64,000 bases of DNA from Selaginella moellendorffii (lineage: Eukaryota > Plantae > Lycopodiophyta), in NCBI RefSeq assembly GCF_000143415.4, contig NW_003314269.1, positions 1,055,246 to 1,119,245 of the forward strand, written 5' to 3'. The translations under genes were made by a program, and so were the position numbers. Below, piece after piece: positions 25,221 to 36,329 of this stretch. The notes under the pieces are model-generated. The model saw nothing but the letters and a program-made list of their open reading frames with translations. It was not told the origin of the DNA and ran no database searches. How positions within the stretch are numbered: position 1 is the first letter of the stretch; each line of letters begins with the position of its first letter.

Positions 25221-27254
25221 ATGGAGTGTGCAAAGGCGGCGCATGCTGGTTTTTTGGGGGCGAGGCTGGGTGGGATTGGATCGAAGCAGTTCCTCGCTGC
25301 TCCAGGGGTCTACTCGCTGAGGAGGAGAAAAAGACTCGCGACTGGTGCAAGGCACATTGACAGCAGCAGCGGCAACAGCTCGAGAAATGTTCGCGCTGGC
25401 ACAGCTACGAGGGAGAATTTCTTAAGTCAGGCTCAGGTGATCTCTTCGGAGGAGAGTTTGGACTTTACGGATCCTTCCTCGGCTGCTCTAGCTGCTCGCG
25501 AGTGGGCCGTGTCCACTGCTCCAGGCTTGTCGCTGCTGAGCTCGGAAAGGATAAAGGTGGCTGCAATGCTAGCCTTTGGGATGGGACTTTGCAATGCAGT
25601 TCGGGTGATCATGTCTGTAGCTATTGTCCCTCTCTCAGCTACTCACAACTGGAGCAGCGGCTTTGCAGGAATTATTCAGGTAAGAGCAGAAAAGTTCCTC
25701 TTTTGCGATTGTTGAGTCTTAACTTTGCTGCTACTTTTCGCTTGCAGTCTTCCTTTCTGTGGGGATATTTGTTGTCACCAATTCCCGGTGGAGCTCTAGC
25801 AGATAGATTTGGCGGAAAGAGCGTTATGGGATGGGGGGTTTTCTTCTGGTCCATAGCTACGCTTATAACTCCCTGGGCAGCTTCTCGGTCTCTGGGTTTG
25901 CTTTTAGCAGTGCGTGTATTTATGGGCCTGGCAGAGGGAGTAGCAATGCCTAGCATGAACAACATGGTCTCCAGGTTTGTCTTGAGTCTAAACTTCTAAA
26001 CTTCTGCTAAAAGCTGGACGACTTCTTTTAATTCTTTCGTAACAGATGGTTTCCGAGCTCCGAGCGAGCAAAAGCCGTCGCGATTGCGATGGGGGGTTTT
26101 CACCTCGGAAACGTTTCCGGCCTTCTCCTCACACCGATACTCATGTCGAGGTTCGGCATTGATGGCCCGTTCTACGCATTTGGGACGGTGGGACTGGCCT
26201 GGCTTTCGCTTTGGTACATGCATATCTCGAAAGACCCGCAAAACCACGGGACGATCACTAGGAACGAACTTCTCTTCATCCAGAATGGAACTGACAAGAG
26301 GAAAGTGACGGCTCGGGTGGGTATGCCACCATTCCGACTGCTGCTATCAAAACTTCCGAGCTGGGCTATCATAGCTGCCAATGCTATGAACAACTGGGTG
26401 AGAAAAGCTTAATTTTTCTTTTGTTTATCTTCTTCTTTTTCTAAGGCATTGGTTCGGTTGCAGGGCTATTTCATTATCTTGACATGGATGCCCGTCTACT
26501 TCAATCGAGTACGTAGAAAGGATTCAGAGTTTTGGTCTCGAATTTCGTTCTAAATTCTTCTTTGTCTTTTGTAAGTACAGGTTCTGGGGGTCAATCTTAA
26601 GCAAGCCGCGTGGTTCAGCGCAGTTCCATGGGCGACAATGGCTGCTTCCGGCTACTTTGCTGGAGCTTGGTCCGACCTGATGATCTCGTCGGGCATGCGC
26701 GCCTTGACTGTTAGGAAGATCATGCAGGTAGGCGCAAAGTGTTACTTTTATGATGGTCGACATCTTTAATTCTTGTTTCTTTCTCTATGCAGTCCATTGG
26801 TTTTCTGGGCCCTGCGGTTGCACTGATTGGATTAAACTCTACTCGACACCCGGCGATCGCTTCTACGTGGCTGACAATCGCGGTTGCCTTGAGTGCCTTC
26901 AGTCAAGCTGGTTATTTGGTGAACTATCAGGTCAGATCAAGACCCAACTTTGATACAAAGATCTGATCTTTCTCGGGTGCTTGCTACAGGAGATCGCACC
27001 AAGCTACGCAGGAGTTCTTCACGGTAAGCTTTGGCCATGGTTTCTCGAGAGAGAGAGCTTATGTGGTGTTCGTCTTTCCAGGCTTGTCAAACACGGCAGG
27101 AACATTCGCGGCCATCGTGAGCACGGTGGGAACTGGCTACTTGGTCCAGTGGCTTGGATCGTTTCAAGCAGTTTTGCTACTTACGTCGGGCATGTACATT
27201 GTGAGTACGCTGTTTTGGAATTCTTGTGCCACGGGAGAGAAAATCTTTGACTAG
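25221..27254 (+). CDS. PHT4: PHT4/ANTR (SLC17-like MFS) anion/phosphate transporter, plastid type, PHT4;2/4;3-like, spliced
   Basis: Transit-peptide-like N-terminus; MSVAIVPL; QSSFLWGY; GGALADRFGGK; GLAEGVAMPSMNNMVSRWF; GLSNTAGTFAAIVST; ends ATGEKIFD*. Confidence 0.92.
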
Positions 27255-27475
27255 AGAGACTAGAGCTCATTCGTAGGCACTGTACAAAAGCATTCTTGGA
27301 AGCTCCAAAAGCTATAGAGTTTTTGGGCCGAGGGTTTTTCTTATGTTCCCAAAAAGTATCTGTACCGTACAGAAGATGAAAATCACAAATCCATCTCACT
27401 TGTTTCAATCAGCCCTATTTATTATAGTCCCCTTTATCGAATACCTTTCGAGAGTTTTATGATCGTCATGGATGA

Positions 27476-29308
27476 ATGGATAGAGTGCGGCAATGCGCTC
27501 CCTCTTCTTGTGGCTTCTTCGAGCAGCTCGTTCGATCTTGTGGCGAAGCGTGTGATCTGGGAGCTGCGAGACAAGTTCACGCGCGGATCATCGCCGAGAG
27601 CGATGCTCCGAGGACTTACCTGGCCAATCGGCTGGTGGAGATGTATGGGAAATGCGGCAGCGTCGTCGACGCGTGTGCGACGTTTGCTAGCATCTCGCCC
27701 CGCAACGGCTACTCGTGGTCGATCCTCCATGCAGCTTATGCCCAAAACGGGCATCTTGACGAAGCGAGTGTGGTGTTTGATCTGATGCCCGCGAGGCACT
27801 TGGTTTCGTGGAACACAATGATCACAGCGCATGCACGGATCGCACAAGTTGGCGACGCAAAATATCTGTTTGATAGGCTCCCGGAGAGAAGCGTCGTGTC
27901 GTGGACGTCGCTCATGACAGCATATGCCGAGTCTGGGGATTTAGATATCGCTAAGCGGATTTTTTCCGAGATGCCCGAGAGGACCGTCATCTCATGGAAC
28001 GCGCTGCTGGCCGCCCTTGCAGATGCCGGGGATCTTTCCGACGCGAGGAAGGTTTTTGAGAAGACTCCAATGCACACGGTTGTGTCGTGGTCGACTTTCA
28101 TGGCGGCGCATTCCCAGTCGGGGCATATCGAGCACGTAGAGAACCTCTTCTTGGTGATGCCTCAGCGCGACCTTGTTTCGTGGTCGGTTATGGTCGCCAC
28201 CTTTTGCAACAGTAGAAGTTCAAGCAACGCGTACCGGGTTTTTGCACGGATGCCGAGATGGAACCACATTGCGTGGAACAGCATGGTTTTGGCGTATGCC
28301 TCGAGCGGGCATTTGGAAACGTCTAGAGCGCTCTTCGATTCAATGCCGGAGAAGAGCTCTTGCGCGTGGAACACGATCATTTCCGCGTGCTCCCTCTTGG
28401 GGGACTTGTCCCAGGCCAAAGATCTCTTCGACAAGATGTGTCCCCGCAACAAGATGGCATGGAACACTCTTGTCGCTGCCAATTCCGACAAGGGCTGTCT
28501 CGATGAGGCAAAGGCCGTGCTCTCCAAAATGCCATTCCATGACGTCGTGTCGTGGAACACGGTGGTGACGGCGTTTGCCAAGTCCGGGAGCTTCCAAGCA
28601 GCGCTCGAAGCCTTCCACTCCACGCCCGAGCTCGACCCGGTGTCCTGGAACGCGATCTTACTGGCCTTCACTGTCTCCGGTGACGCGCTGGCTGCGAGAG
28701 AGATCTTCGAGCTCATGCCCCGGAGGAACTCCATGGCGTGGTCGATGATGATCCAGACGTACGCTCACTGCGGGAACATCCACGAAGCGTGGGCGATCTT
28801 TGCGAGAAATCCCGAGCACACGACGGTGACTTGGAACTGTATGATCGCGGGCTTGACCTCCGGCGGGAGCTATCGCCAGGCGCTCCATTTCTTCCACCAG
28901 ATGCTCAACGAAGGCTGGCCACCGGACGAGCAGACGTTCTCGCACGTCCTCGCTTCGTGCAGCCAGAGCGGGAGCTTGAGCCTGTGCAAGCACTACTCGT
29001 GGTGCATGGTAGCGGACTTCGGCGTGGCGTTTACCCTCGAACACTTTCGCTGCGTTGTCGATATGTTTGGGAGAGCCGGGCAGCTTGGCAAGGCCGAGGA
29101 GCTCGTCAACTCCATGCCTTACGTTCCCGACTGCGTGTCATGGAAGACGCTGCTGGGAGCGTGTAGAACACACTCGGACTCGGAGCGAGCTCGGAGTGCG
29201 AGTGAATTTTTGCTCGAGGGGGCCGCTGCTCCAGAGAGCGATTCCACTCCCTACATTCTCTTATCCAACATTGCCCGATCCACTGGAGGAAATCTCACAC
29301 GGAGGTGA
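27476..29308 (+). CDS. PLS-class PPR protein (E1 + partial E2, no DYW)
   Basis: 610-aa intronless ORF; ends WKTLLGACRTHSD...PYILLSNI. Confidence 0.95.
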   Translation: MDRVRQCAPSSCGFFEQLVRSCGEACDLGAARQVHARIIAESDAPRTYLANRLVEMYGKCGSVVDACATFASISPRNGYSWSILHAAYAQNGHLDEASVVFDLMPARHLVSWNTMITAHARIAQVGDAKYLFDRLPERSVVSWTSLMTAYAESGDLDIAKRIFSEMPERTVISWNALLAALADAGDLSDARKVFEKTPMHTVVSWSTFMAAHSQSGHIEHVENLFLVMPQRDLVSWSVMVATFCNSRSSSNAYRVFARMPRWNHIAWNSMVLAYASSGHLETSRALFDSMPEKSSCAWNTIISACSLLGDLSQAKDLFDKMCPRNKMAWNTLVAANSDKGCLDEAKAVLSKMPFHDVVSWNTVVTAFAKSGSFQAALEAFHSTPELDPVSWNAILLAFTVSGDALAAREIFELMPRRNSMAWSMMIQTYAHCGNIHEAWAIFARNPEHTTVTWNCMIAGLTSGGSYRQALHFFHQMLNEGWPPDEQTFSHVLASCSQSGSLSLCKHYSWCMVADFGVAFTLEHFRCVVDMFGRAGQLGKAEELVNSMPYVPDCVSWKTLLGACRTHSDSERARSASEFLLEGAAAPESDSTPYILLSNIARSTGGNLTRR

Positions 29309-29436
29309 CCAAGTTTTGATCTTGCTGGCACGCTGGAAAGAAATGGATTTCCCTGAGATGACGAACTGTGAGAAGGAAGTGACCACTTTACACGATTCAC
29401 AGGTATAACTCGCTATGATCGTCATACATGTTTGAA

Positions 29437-31431
29437 TCAAAATCTTTTGCTCTTGGTGAAGATGTTGGCAAGCATCATGTAAGGTGCCGCGATGCTTGGA
29501 TCCAAGCCGGACAGCTCCCGAGCAGCGGTGAGCGCTCGTCTATTCATCTCACATTGAATATCACTCGCGCCCAGCAAGCTCCCCCAGGCTACAATACCTG
29601 GATCGCCTGGCATAGCTCGGACAAGCTCCTCGGCTCGATGAATCTCCCCGCTCCGCGCGAGAACATCCACCATGCAGCAGTAGTGCTGGCTCGAAGGAGC
29701 GATGCCAAAATCGGAGCTCATGGACTGGAAGCAAGACCAGCCTTTTTCCAGCAATCCCTCACGACTGCAAGCGGTGAGAACGCTCCCAAACCCGAGATCA
29801 TCCGGCAAAAATGCTTCCACGACCATGCTGTGGAACACCAAAATCGCCTCGTCGGCATGCCCTCGTTGGGCATACGCCGCCAGAATCGCACCCCACGAGA
29901 CGTTGCTCACGAGTGGAGACGAATCAAAAGCTCGCTGTGCTTCCCACAGATACCCATTGTGGGCATACGCAGAGATGATAGTGTTCCACGATACCACGCT
30001 TCGATCTGGGCATTCAAGAAACATTTTCTTAGCCTCAAGCAAGAATCCAAGTTGCGCGTACAGATCCATCATAGCGTTCCAGATCACAATGTCTTGATAA
30101 GCCATCTTGTCAAACAAAGCCTTCGCTTCTTCAAGATGCCCATTCTCGGCATATGCAAGAAACACGGCATTGATAGCTAACGTATCGGGTTCCACGGGCA
30201 TGGAATCAAAGGTGGCCATGGCCAGTGCCACATCTCCATGGTGCCCGTAGGACTGGATCAGCACCGTCCACGTCACAAGGTCATGGTACGGTAGCCCGTC
30301 AAAGAATCTTTTTGTGGCTTCTACGCTGCTTTGTAGAGCGAATGCTTGTAGCAAGACATTCGCCGTCACGAGGTTGTGCTCGGGCATGCTATGGAATCTC
30401 TCTCGGGCATTTTCCAGATCCTTGGACTCGGCATATACCGTCACCATGGCCGACCACGAGACAACGTCCCACCACGGCATCTTGCGAAAGATCCTCTCGG
30501 TCTCTTGAGTGAGCCCAGCCTGGGAGTAGGACTTGAGCATTAGATTCCAGGTGACAATAGTTTTGATTTTCGCCGGCATTGCATCAAAGAGCTCCTTTGC
30601 CTCGTCTAAAAGCTTGGCATCCACATAGCCCGAGATTATTGTGTTCCAAGAGATTGGGTTCTTTTCTGGGATATTATCAAAAACTTTTCTTGCTTGATTC
30701 AAGTGGCCATGCTCGGAAAATGCTCGCACCATGCCCGTCCAGGAGACAACGTTCTTGTACGGCATGGAATCAAACAGGCGCTTTGCTTGCTCAATATGCC
30801 CGCTTTGGGCATAAGCCAGAAACATGGACGTCCAGGTGACAACATCTCTCTCTCCCTCAGGCATACTGTCAAATATTTCTTTAGCATTTTGTAAAAATCC
30901 GTGCTGTGCATATGCATCAATCATGGCATTCCTGGCCACTCTGTCCTTTTCGTTAATCTGATCAAACAATTCCTCTGCTTCTTCCAGATGCCCTGCACGG
31001 GCATATGCAGAGAGCATTGTGATTCTTGACACGGAGTTCTTCTCCGGCATCTCGTCGAAAACCTCTCTCGCATGATCCAAAAGGCCGTTGTGTGTGTACA
31101 TTGCGAGAACAGAATTCCACGCCACTATTGTGGGATCGGGCATCTGCTGCAGCAAACTCCTCGCCTGCTGCAGATACCCGTTCCGGGCATAGGCATGGAT
31201 CATGAGATTCCACGAGAACTTGTTTGGGTGCTGGATGCCATCAAAAACCTCCTTTGCGTCGCGAGCGCTGCCGCAGCCGCCATACATCTGGATGAGAAGA
31301 TTGGCGACATACTTGTTGCCGGATAGCCTGGGGCTGCTGCGGATGAAACCATGCGCCTCTCTCCCCGCGTCAAGGCGGTCGCACGCCCTGAGAAGCGTCA
31401 CCACCCGGTCGAGCTCAGGACTTGCGCCCAT
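29437..31431 (-). CDS. PLS-class PPR protein (E1 + partial E2, no DYW)
   Basis: 664-aa intronless ORF; ends WGSLLGAS...PYMMLANIF. Confidence 0.95.
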   Translation of the reverse strand: MGASPELDRVVTLLRACDRLDAGREAHGFIRSSPRLSGNKYVANLLIQMYGGCGSARDAKEVFDGIQHPNKFSWNLMIHAYARNGYLQQARSLLQQMPDPTIVAWNSVLAMYTHNGLLDHAREVFDEMPEKNSVSRITMLSAYARAGHLEEAEELFDQINEKDRVARNAMIDAYAQHGFLQNAKEIFDSMPEGERDVVTWTSMFLAYAQSGHIEQAKRLFDSMPYKNVVSWTGMVRAFSEHGHLNQARKVFDNIPEKNPISWNTIISGYVDAKLLDEAKELFDAMPAKIKTIVTWNLMLKSYSQAGLTQETERIFRKMPWWDVVSWSAMVTVYAESKDLENARERFHSMPEHNLVTANVLLQAFALQSSVEATKRFFDGLPYHDLVTWTVLIQSYGHHGDVALAMATFDSMPVEPDTLAINAVFLAYAENGHLEEAKALFDKMAYQDIVIWNAMMDLYAQLGFLLEAKKMFLECPDRSVVSWNTIISAYAHNGYLWEAQRAFDSSPLVSNVSWGAILAAYAQRGHADEAILVFHSMVVEAFLPDDLGFGSVLTACSREGLLEKGWSCFQSMSSDFGIAPSSQHYCCMVDVLARSGEIHRAEELVRAMPGDPGIVAWGSLLGASDIQCEMNRRALTAARELSGLDPSIAAPYMMLANIFTKSKRF

Positions 31432-31508
31432 TCATCGAGAACACACACGCAAGGAAACGAATAGAAGAATTACTTGAGCAAAGAAAGAAACAGAAAGAAC
31501 CAGATCGT

Positions 31509-34178
31509 TCAAGGCAAGTCGCTCAATAACTTGCGAAGCCTCTCGATTTCGGTGGGTGATACCTCTAGCTTTTCATCATACTTGACACGCTTAATCCTTG
31601 GATTGAGGCTTCTCCTCCGCTTCTCCGCTGCGTTTCTATCTTTTTCATCTTCATCGGCCGACAAGTAGCGGATTCTAGCTTTGATCACCTCCTTCAATCC
31701 ATCTCTTTCACCATCATCCCATTCCTTGGCTCTCTCGATCAGGCTGCTATCCTCGTTTTCGTCGTCCAGGAGCACTAAACTACCACTTCTCACCCGTTTC
31801 GCTACAGATTTCACCGTTTCCGCAGGTCCTAGCCAAATCACAGCTTCGTAGAGCTCCTTGTAGCGATTATCTTCGTTGGCAGCACTGGCCTCCAGTGCTT
31901 GCGACAAGAGATCCGAGAAGAGCTGCGTCACCTTCTCATCCTTCTTCAAGCCAATCAGCCTAGCTGCTTTTTTCATGGCCGCCACCATGTCTTCTGTCTG
32001 CTCAGTCTTCTTGTCCAGAGCCAAGAGCAACGCAAGCGCATCCTGGTTCTCTATGCTATATAAGATCTTCCCATAGACTTCCTCGAGGCTGGCAACCTTG
32101 ACATATCTCTTGCTTGCAAAGGTCACCGCAGCATCGTGACACCCTTGAGCCTCCAGCTCCACCGTAAACATCGCAAAATCTCCCAAGAAATCTATCCATC
32201 CTTCTCGCCGGAGCTCCTCCTTAGGTGATCTAATATGCCAACTGTTGCTCGACGAGGTTTCCTCCCATGAAGCCTCTTTTATTTTCAGCCTCTTCTCCCA
32301 AAACTCGTCGATGCGAGGGACGCTGCTCGCTCCCCACTTCTTCACTACCTGGACCAAGTCGTTGGCTGAAAACTTAGAATCTCCGGATGCCATGCTCACA
32401 ATCTTCCATGTCTCATCCTCGAGCCCACACTCGACAAAAAAGGTCAGGAAACTTTTCTCATCTTCGAGCTCATCCTCGACAGAAAATGACGAGAAACGTT
32501 TCACGTCCGAGACGCCACCCTTGGCCAAGAGCTTCTTTGCTAAACTTACACCCTCGTCCTGGAAGCCACTCTCTCTCAGACACTCGACAAGACGTGAAGC
32601 TCCAAACCGCCAGGAAAGAGTTCCGTCCTCTAAGAACCTCTCAATCACCTGGCTGTATAATTCATCCCATCCATACTTCTGTACCGCGGCAACCACATCC
32701 TGTGCTGCTCTTGGCAAGAAATTCCAGCTCTTTATGACCATGAAGTTCTTCATGACCAAGAATGCTGCGTCGCGAAAGTCGTGCTTGAGGCAGAACTGTA
32801 GCAGGCTTTCGAAAGACCATTTCGATCTTATCCATGCTACAGTTCTGGAACCGATTGTTCTTGTCAAAGCAGCCAAGTATCTCTCTAAGTCCCCTCTCGT
32901 CCGCCCAGGCTCGCGTTTGTGCTGCTCCTCGAGCCAGTTTCGCACGGCTTTGATACTTTGCGTGTTGCACAGCGCCACCATTCTGCTCTCCTTCGGCCAC
33001 ACCACCAGAGCCGCGGTGTGATAGAACGAGTGTGTATTGCCGCCCTCATTCCCCTGGTATGGCTCATAATCTTCCTCATCTGGCGAGTCGCCAAAAGGAT
33101 CGTCTTCGCTTTTCTCGTACCTCAAAACCTGAGCTAGAGGGAAGTCATCTGCAGTGTCGAGCTCGGGCTTCTGATCGTCTGGAGTGGTCCAGTTTTCCAA
33201 ACTGTAGCTATGGTCCTCACATCTGCCGTAGTCGGTGTCATATCCAGTGGAGTGTTTCACGAGCATGCAGAGGTGGATGTCCAAAAAGCTTGCGCAGCTC
33301 AGCACGAGTGCCCCCACAACCCGGTCGTGCCCCTTGAGCCCCGCGAAGCTCAAGCTGTTGTTGGAGTACTGGTGGCCCAGTGGAATCGCGAGAATTGGCA
33401 ATGTCACGCGTCTCGTTTTCTCGGCCCATTCTTTCATCTGGCTCTGAACGCTCCCAAGAGCTGATACATAGTGTGGGAGTTTGCGGGCATCCACATCTAT
33501 AAACTTTGTGTTGCTCCTCACCACGCTAAACACCAGGCACAGCCTCGTCCCGCTCGTCACCTCGGCAAGCCTGTGCTCGCAGTCGCAGAAGAAAGCCATC
33601 TGGAAGTACCCCGACCTCGAAGCAGCACCGGAGAAATCAAGACTGACACTGTTCTTCTTCCCTTGACGGATCTCCAGTTGGCCACCCTCATGCCCGGACT
33701 GCGTTGGAAGCTGCAAGATCATCGTCGCAAACATGCCATCCTCCTTCTCGGTATCCCGGTGGAACTTGAAGTGGCCACCCTGCTCATACAGCAGCAGCTT
33801 ATACAGTCTCACGTCCAAGCCAAGCGCGCCAGCGTCGATCCCCAGCTCCTCCATCGCGGGAACGGCCATGTCGAGCACCACCTTTGAGAAGAAGTCTGGG
33901 ATTTGCGGGCAACTCACCTTGGACGCCTCCACTTGCCATGCACGGCGCACGTCGGTGTCGAGCAAGGTTTCCTCGCCCTTGCCGTAGGGTGCTTGCTGCG
34001 ACATGGCCTTGAGCTTGAGGAAGCCATCATTGGAGAGAGGGAGGGGGAGATCACCAGCGCCCTCCACTTGCAAGAAGGTAGGCATGGCGAATTTTGTTGC
34101 ATCAACCTCGCCTCCTGTGGCATACTTGGGGCGAGGAAGAGTGGACCACAAAACCTCGAGTAGCGCTTGGTAATCCAT
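31509..34178 (-). CDS. 2OG-Fe(II) oxygenase domain protein with long helical C-terminus (microbial-type family)
   Basis: 889-aa intronless ORF; QAPYGKGEETLLDTDVRRAWQ; LYKLLLYEQGGHFKFHRDTEKEDGMFATM (HxD); HEGGQL; DCEHRL..VTSGTRLCL (distal His, Arg). Confidence 0.9.
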   Translation of the reverse strand: MDYQALLEVLWSTLPRPKYATGGEVDATKFAMPTFLQVEGAGDLPLPLSNDGFLKLKAMSQQAPYGKGEETLLDTDVRRAWQVEASKVSCPQIPDFFSKVVLDMAVPAMEELGIDAGALGLDVRLYKLLLYEQGGHFKFHRDTEKEDGMFATMILQLPTQSGHEGGQLEIRQGKKNSVSLDFSGAASRSGYFQMAFFCDCEHRLAEVTSGTRLCLVFSVVRSNTKFIDVDARKLPHYVSALGSVQSQMKEWAEKTRRVTLPILAIPLGHQYSNNSLSFAGLKGHDRVVGALVLSCASFLDIHLCMLVKHSTGYDTDYGRCEDHSYSLENWTTPDDQKPELDTADDFPLAQVLRYEKSEDDPFGDSPDEEDYEPYQGNEGGNTHSFYHTAALVVWPKESRMVALCNTQSIKAVRNWLEEQHKREPGRTRGDLERYLAALTRTIGSRTVAWIRSKWSFESLLQFCLKHDFRDAAFLVMKNFMVIKSWNFLPRAAQDVVAAVQKYGWDELYSQVIERFLEDGTLSWRFGASRLVECLRESGFQDEGVSLAKKLLAKGGVSDVKRFSSFSVEDELEDEKSFLTFFVECGLEDETWKIVSMASGDSKFSANDLVQVVKKWGASSVPRIDEFWEKRLKIKEASWEETSSSNSWHIRSPKEELRREGWIDFLGDFAMFTVELEAQGCHDAAVTFASKRYVKVASLEEVYGKILYSIENQDALALLLALDKKTEQTEDMVAAMKKAARLIGLKKDEKVTQLFSDLLSQALEASAANEDNRYKELYEAVIWLGPAETVKSVAKRVRSGSLVLLDDENEDSSLIERAKEWDDGERDGLKEVIKARIRYLSADEDEKDRNAAEKRRRSLNPRIKRVKYDEKLEVSPTEIERLRKLLSDLP

Positions 34179-34185
34179 AGCGAGT

Positions 34186-34194
34186 AAACCCTAA
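34186..34194. promoter_or_regulatory. Telo-box (AAACCCTAA) just upstream of the 2OG oxygenase ATG
   Basis: Exact plant telo-box 7 bp from the start codon. Similar motifs at ~23470, ~39057, ~54027 and ~55038 near other gene starts. Confidence 0.5.
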
Positions 34195-34569
34195 GAAGCT
34201 GTATAACCTTTAATATTTATCTGTGCATAAAAAAAAGGTAATTTTTCAAGACCTTGACGATGATTTCATGGAGAGGACCAGCTTTTGGATTCCTTTAGTT
34301 TCTTAGGAACACTTATAAGTGTGCCATGATCACACATTATAAGCAAATCTTCGAAAGCAAAAATGGGATTTTCAACTCAAAGAAACTCTCATTGCAACTT
34401 TGCCATGCTTGTGCTTGTGGTGGATAATACAAACAGCAGACAATGAAAGTTGGAAGTTCGTATTTTTACTTTCAAAGAGTTGCATATAGTCCATGATCAA
34501 GCTATTTTTTGACACACCCCTTCATAGTATAGCCAAAAAAGTATATGATGTTGATTAAATCTTCACTTT

Positions 34570-36263
34570 TCATTGTTTCAAACTGTCGCTCACGTTTGGA
34601 GATATGTAAGCCCACCAGAGGCGCGCACAGTCCTCGGATCTGGAGCCGCAGAGCGAGGGTGGCTGCTCCACCGACGAGTCTCGATTCCAGGGCTTGAATC
34701 GGCCGTTGAAGTGGAGGATCTTGGAGTGCTCCGTGTTGGGCGACACGAATGGCCTCCTTGGCGGCCTCTTTGAGTAGAGCTTCTTCATGTAGTCTCGCTC
34801 CGCCTCGCTAAACTCGGCTCGCCCCAGCCCGCGAGTGTTCCATGCCGTGTCTAGCTTCTTGTAGTGGTTGTAGAGAGCTAGCAAGAATGGAGGCTGCGAA
34901 ACGCCATATCTGTTGCGCAGCGATCAAACAGTCGGGACAAGTTGAAAAGAAGGAACGCTAGCTTACTTGTATAGAGGCTTTTGTGCTTGGTGGAACTCGT
35001 CCAGCCACCACTCGATGGCTTCGGTGCTGTTTTGCTCGATCCACTTGCGAGGATCGATTACCAGAACGCCGCGGTTGAAGATGCAGGCGCTCGGATCGAA
35101 TGGCTGGCTCGGAATCCAAGGCGTGGACTCGGACGCTTCTCGCGACTGGATGCGGTGAAGGAGATCAAAGTTGAAATAGCTGCCGAAGATCTGGGAGCAA
35201 TCTTCAACGGCGGCCACGGGGTGATCTTCGAGATCAGTGTTGAAGAGTTCTTCGATGTCTCCCTGTGTAAAATCCAGAGAAAAGTGAGAAGGATTTAAAA
35301 CACGGCAAAGATCAAGAGTCTTGCCTGAACCACGACGTCCGAGTCGAGATAGATGATCCTTTGCATGCCTGGAAACATGCGAGGAAGGTAAAAGGGAAGA
35401 AAGTTGTATGGACTTGTAAGAGCTTCTCTTGCCTTGCTGTCCTTTCGGTAAAAGACATGGTTTCCGATTTCCTCGAAATCGATCTTTTCGCTGCCATGAA
35501 ATAGAACGATGTCAAGGAAACTAGAGAAAGAAACTGAAAACCAAGAGAACAAGAAAGAATAACACACCTGACCATATCGATGGCCGCAAGAGGAAAGAGA
35601 GCTTTGAGTTTGGACAACCACGCTTCTCGCTGTGATTCAGTGGTGATGATATGGAATCGAATACGTTGCGTGTGACTGCCATAACGAAAAACCAATAACA
35701 CCCTGTGGAAAAAAGAAGAAGAGAAGAGTTTTCTACGAACCGGGTGTTGGCGAGTGTAGAGTTGATGACCACGACTAGAGGGCGCAAATCTTTCTCGTCG
35801 GTGCAAACAAACAAGTCAATGGAAGTGCTCTTGATGCCAGTGACGAACTCCCTCGCATCCACTTCTTCCACTTCTTTCCCACTTTCTCCCTGTGGAGCAT
35901 ATGGGAGAGAGAGAGATACCAAGTCCAAAGCATGAAAGATCAATGGTGTGCAACAACGAAAGAAATCGCTCCTACCTGGTCTGGTTCTTGCCGTATAGGA
36001 ATCCAAGTGCGAGTGGGATCGGCTGGATGGCGATAATGCGTCGCAGGAAGCATCTGGAGCATCAAGAAGGCAACGCAGATCAGGGCAGCGACGATGGGCG
36101 CACCCTTCCACGGCTTCGGAGCCGGCGCCAACTCGGGAACAGGCAGCAGCGGGTCGACCTCGCCATCGCCATCGCCATTTCTGCGCTTGCCGAGCGGCCG
36201 CCTCACGGGGAGCGCCCCCGCCGGGGAGAAGTCGGGCATCTCCACAGCCAAGGCGCCCGACAT
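34570..36263 (-). CDS. Glycosyltransferase family 8 (GATL/GAUT-related), spliced
   Basis: N-terminal TM anchor; IIYLDSDVVV (DxD); AVEDCSQ; FNRGVLVID; ILHFNGRFKPW. Confidence 0.9.
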
Positions 36264-36329
36264 CAAACCCAAGGCCTTTTAAAATAATGCGAGCATATTT
36301 GCACGAATCTTAGGGCAAAACCATTCCTT

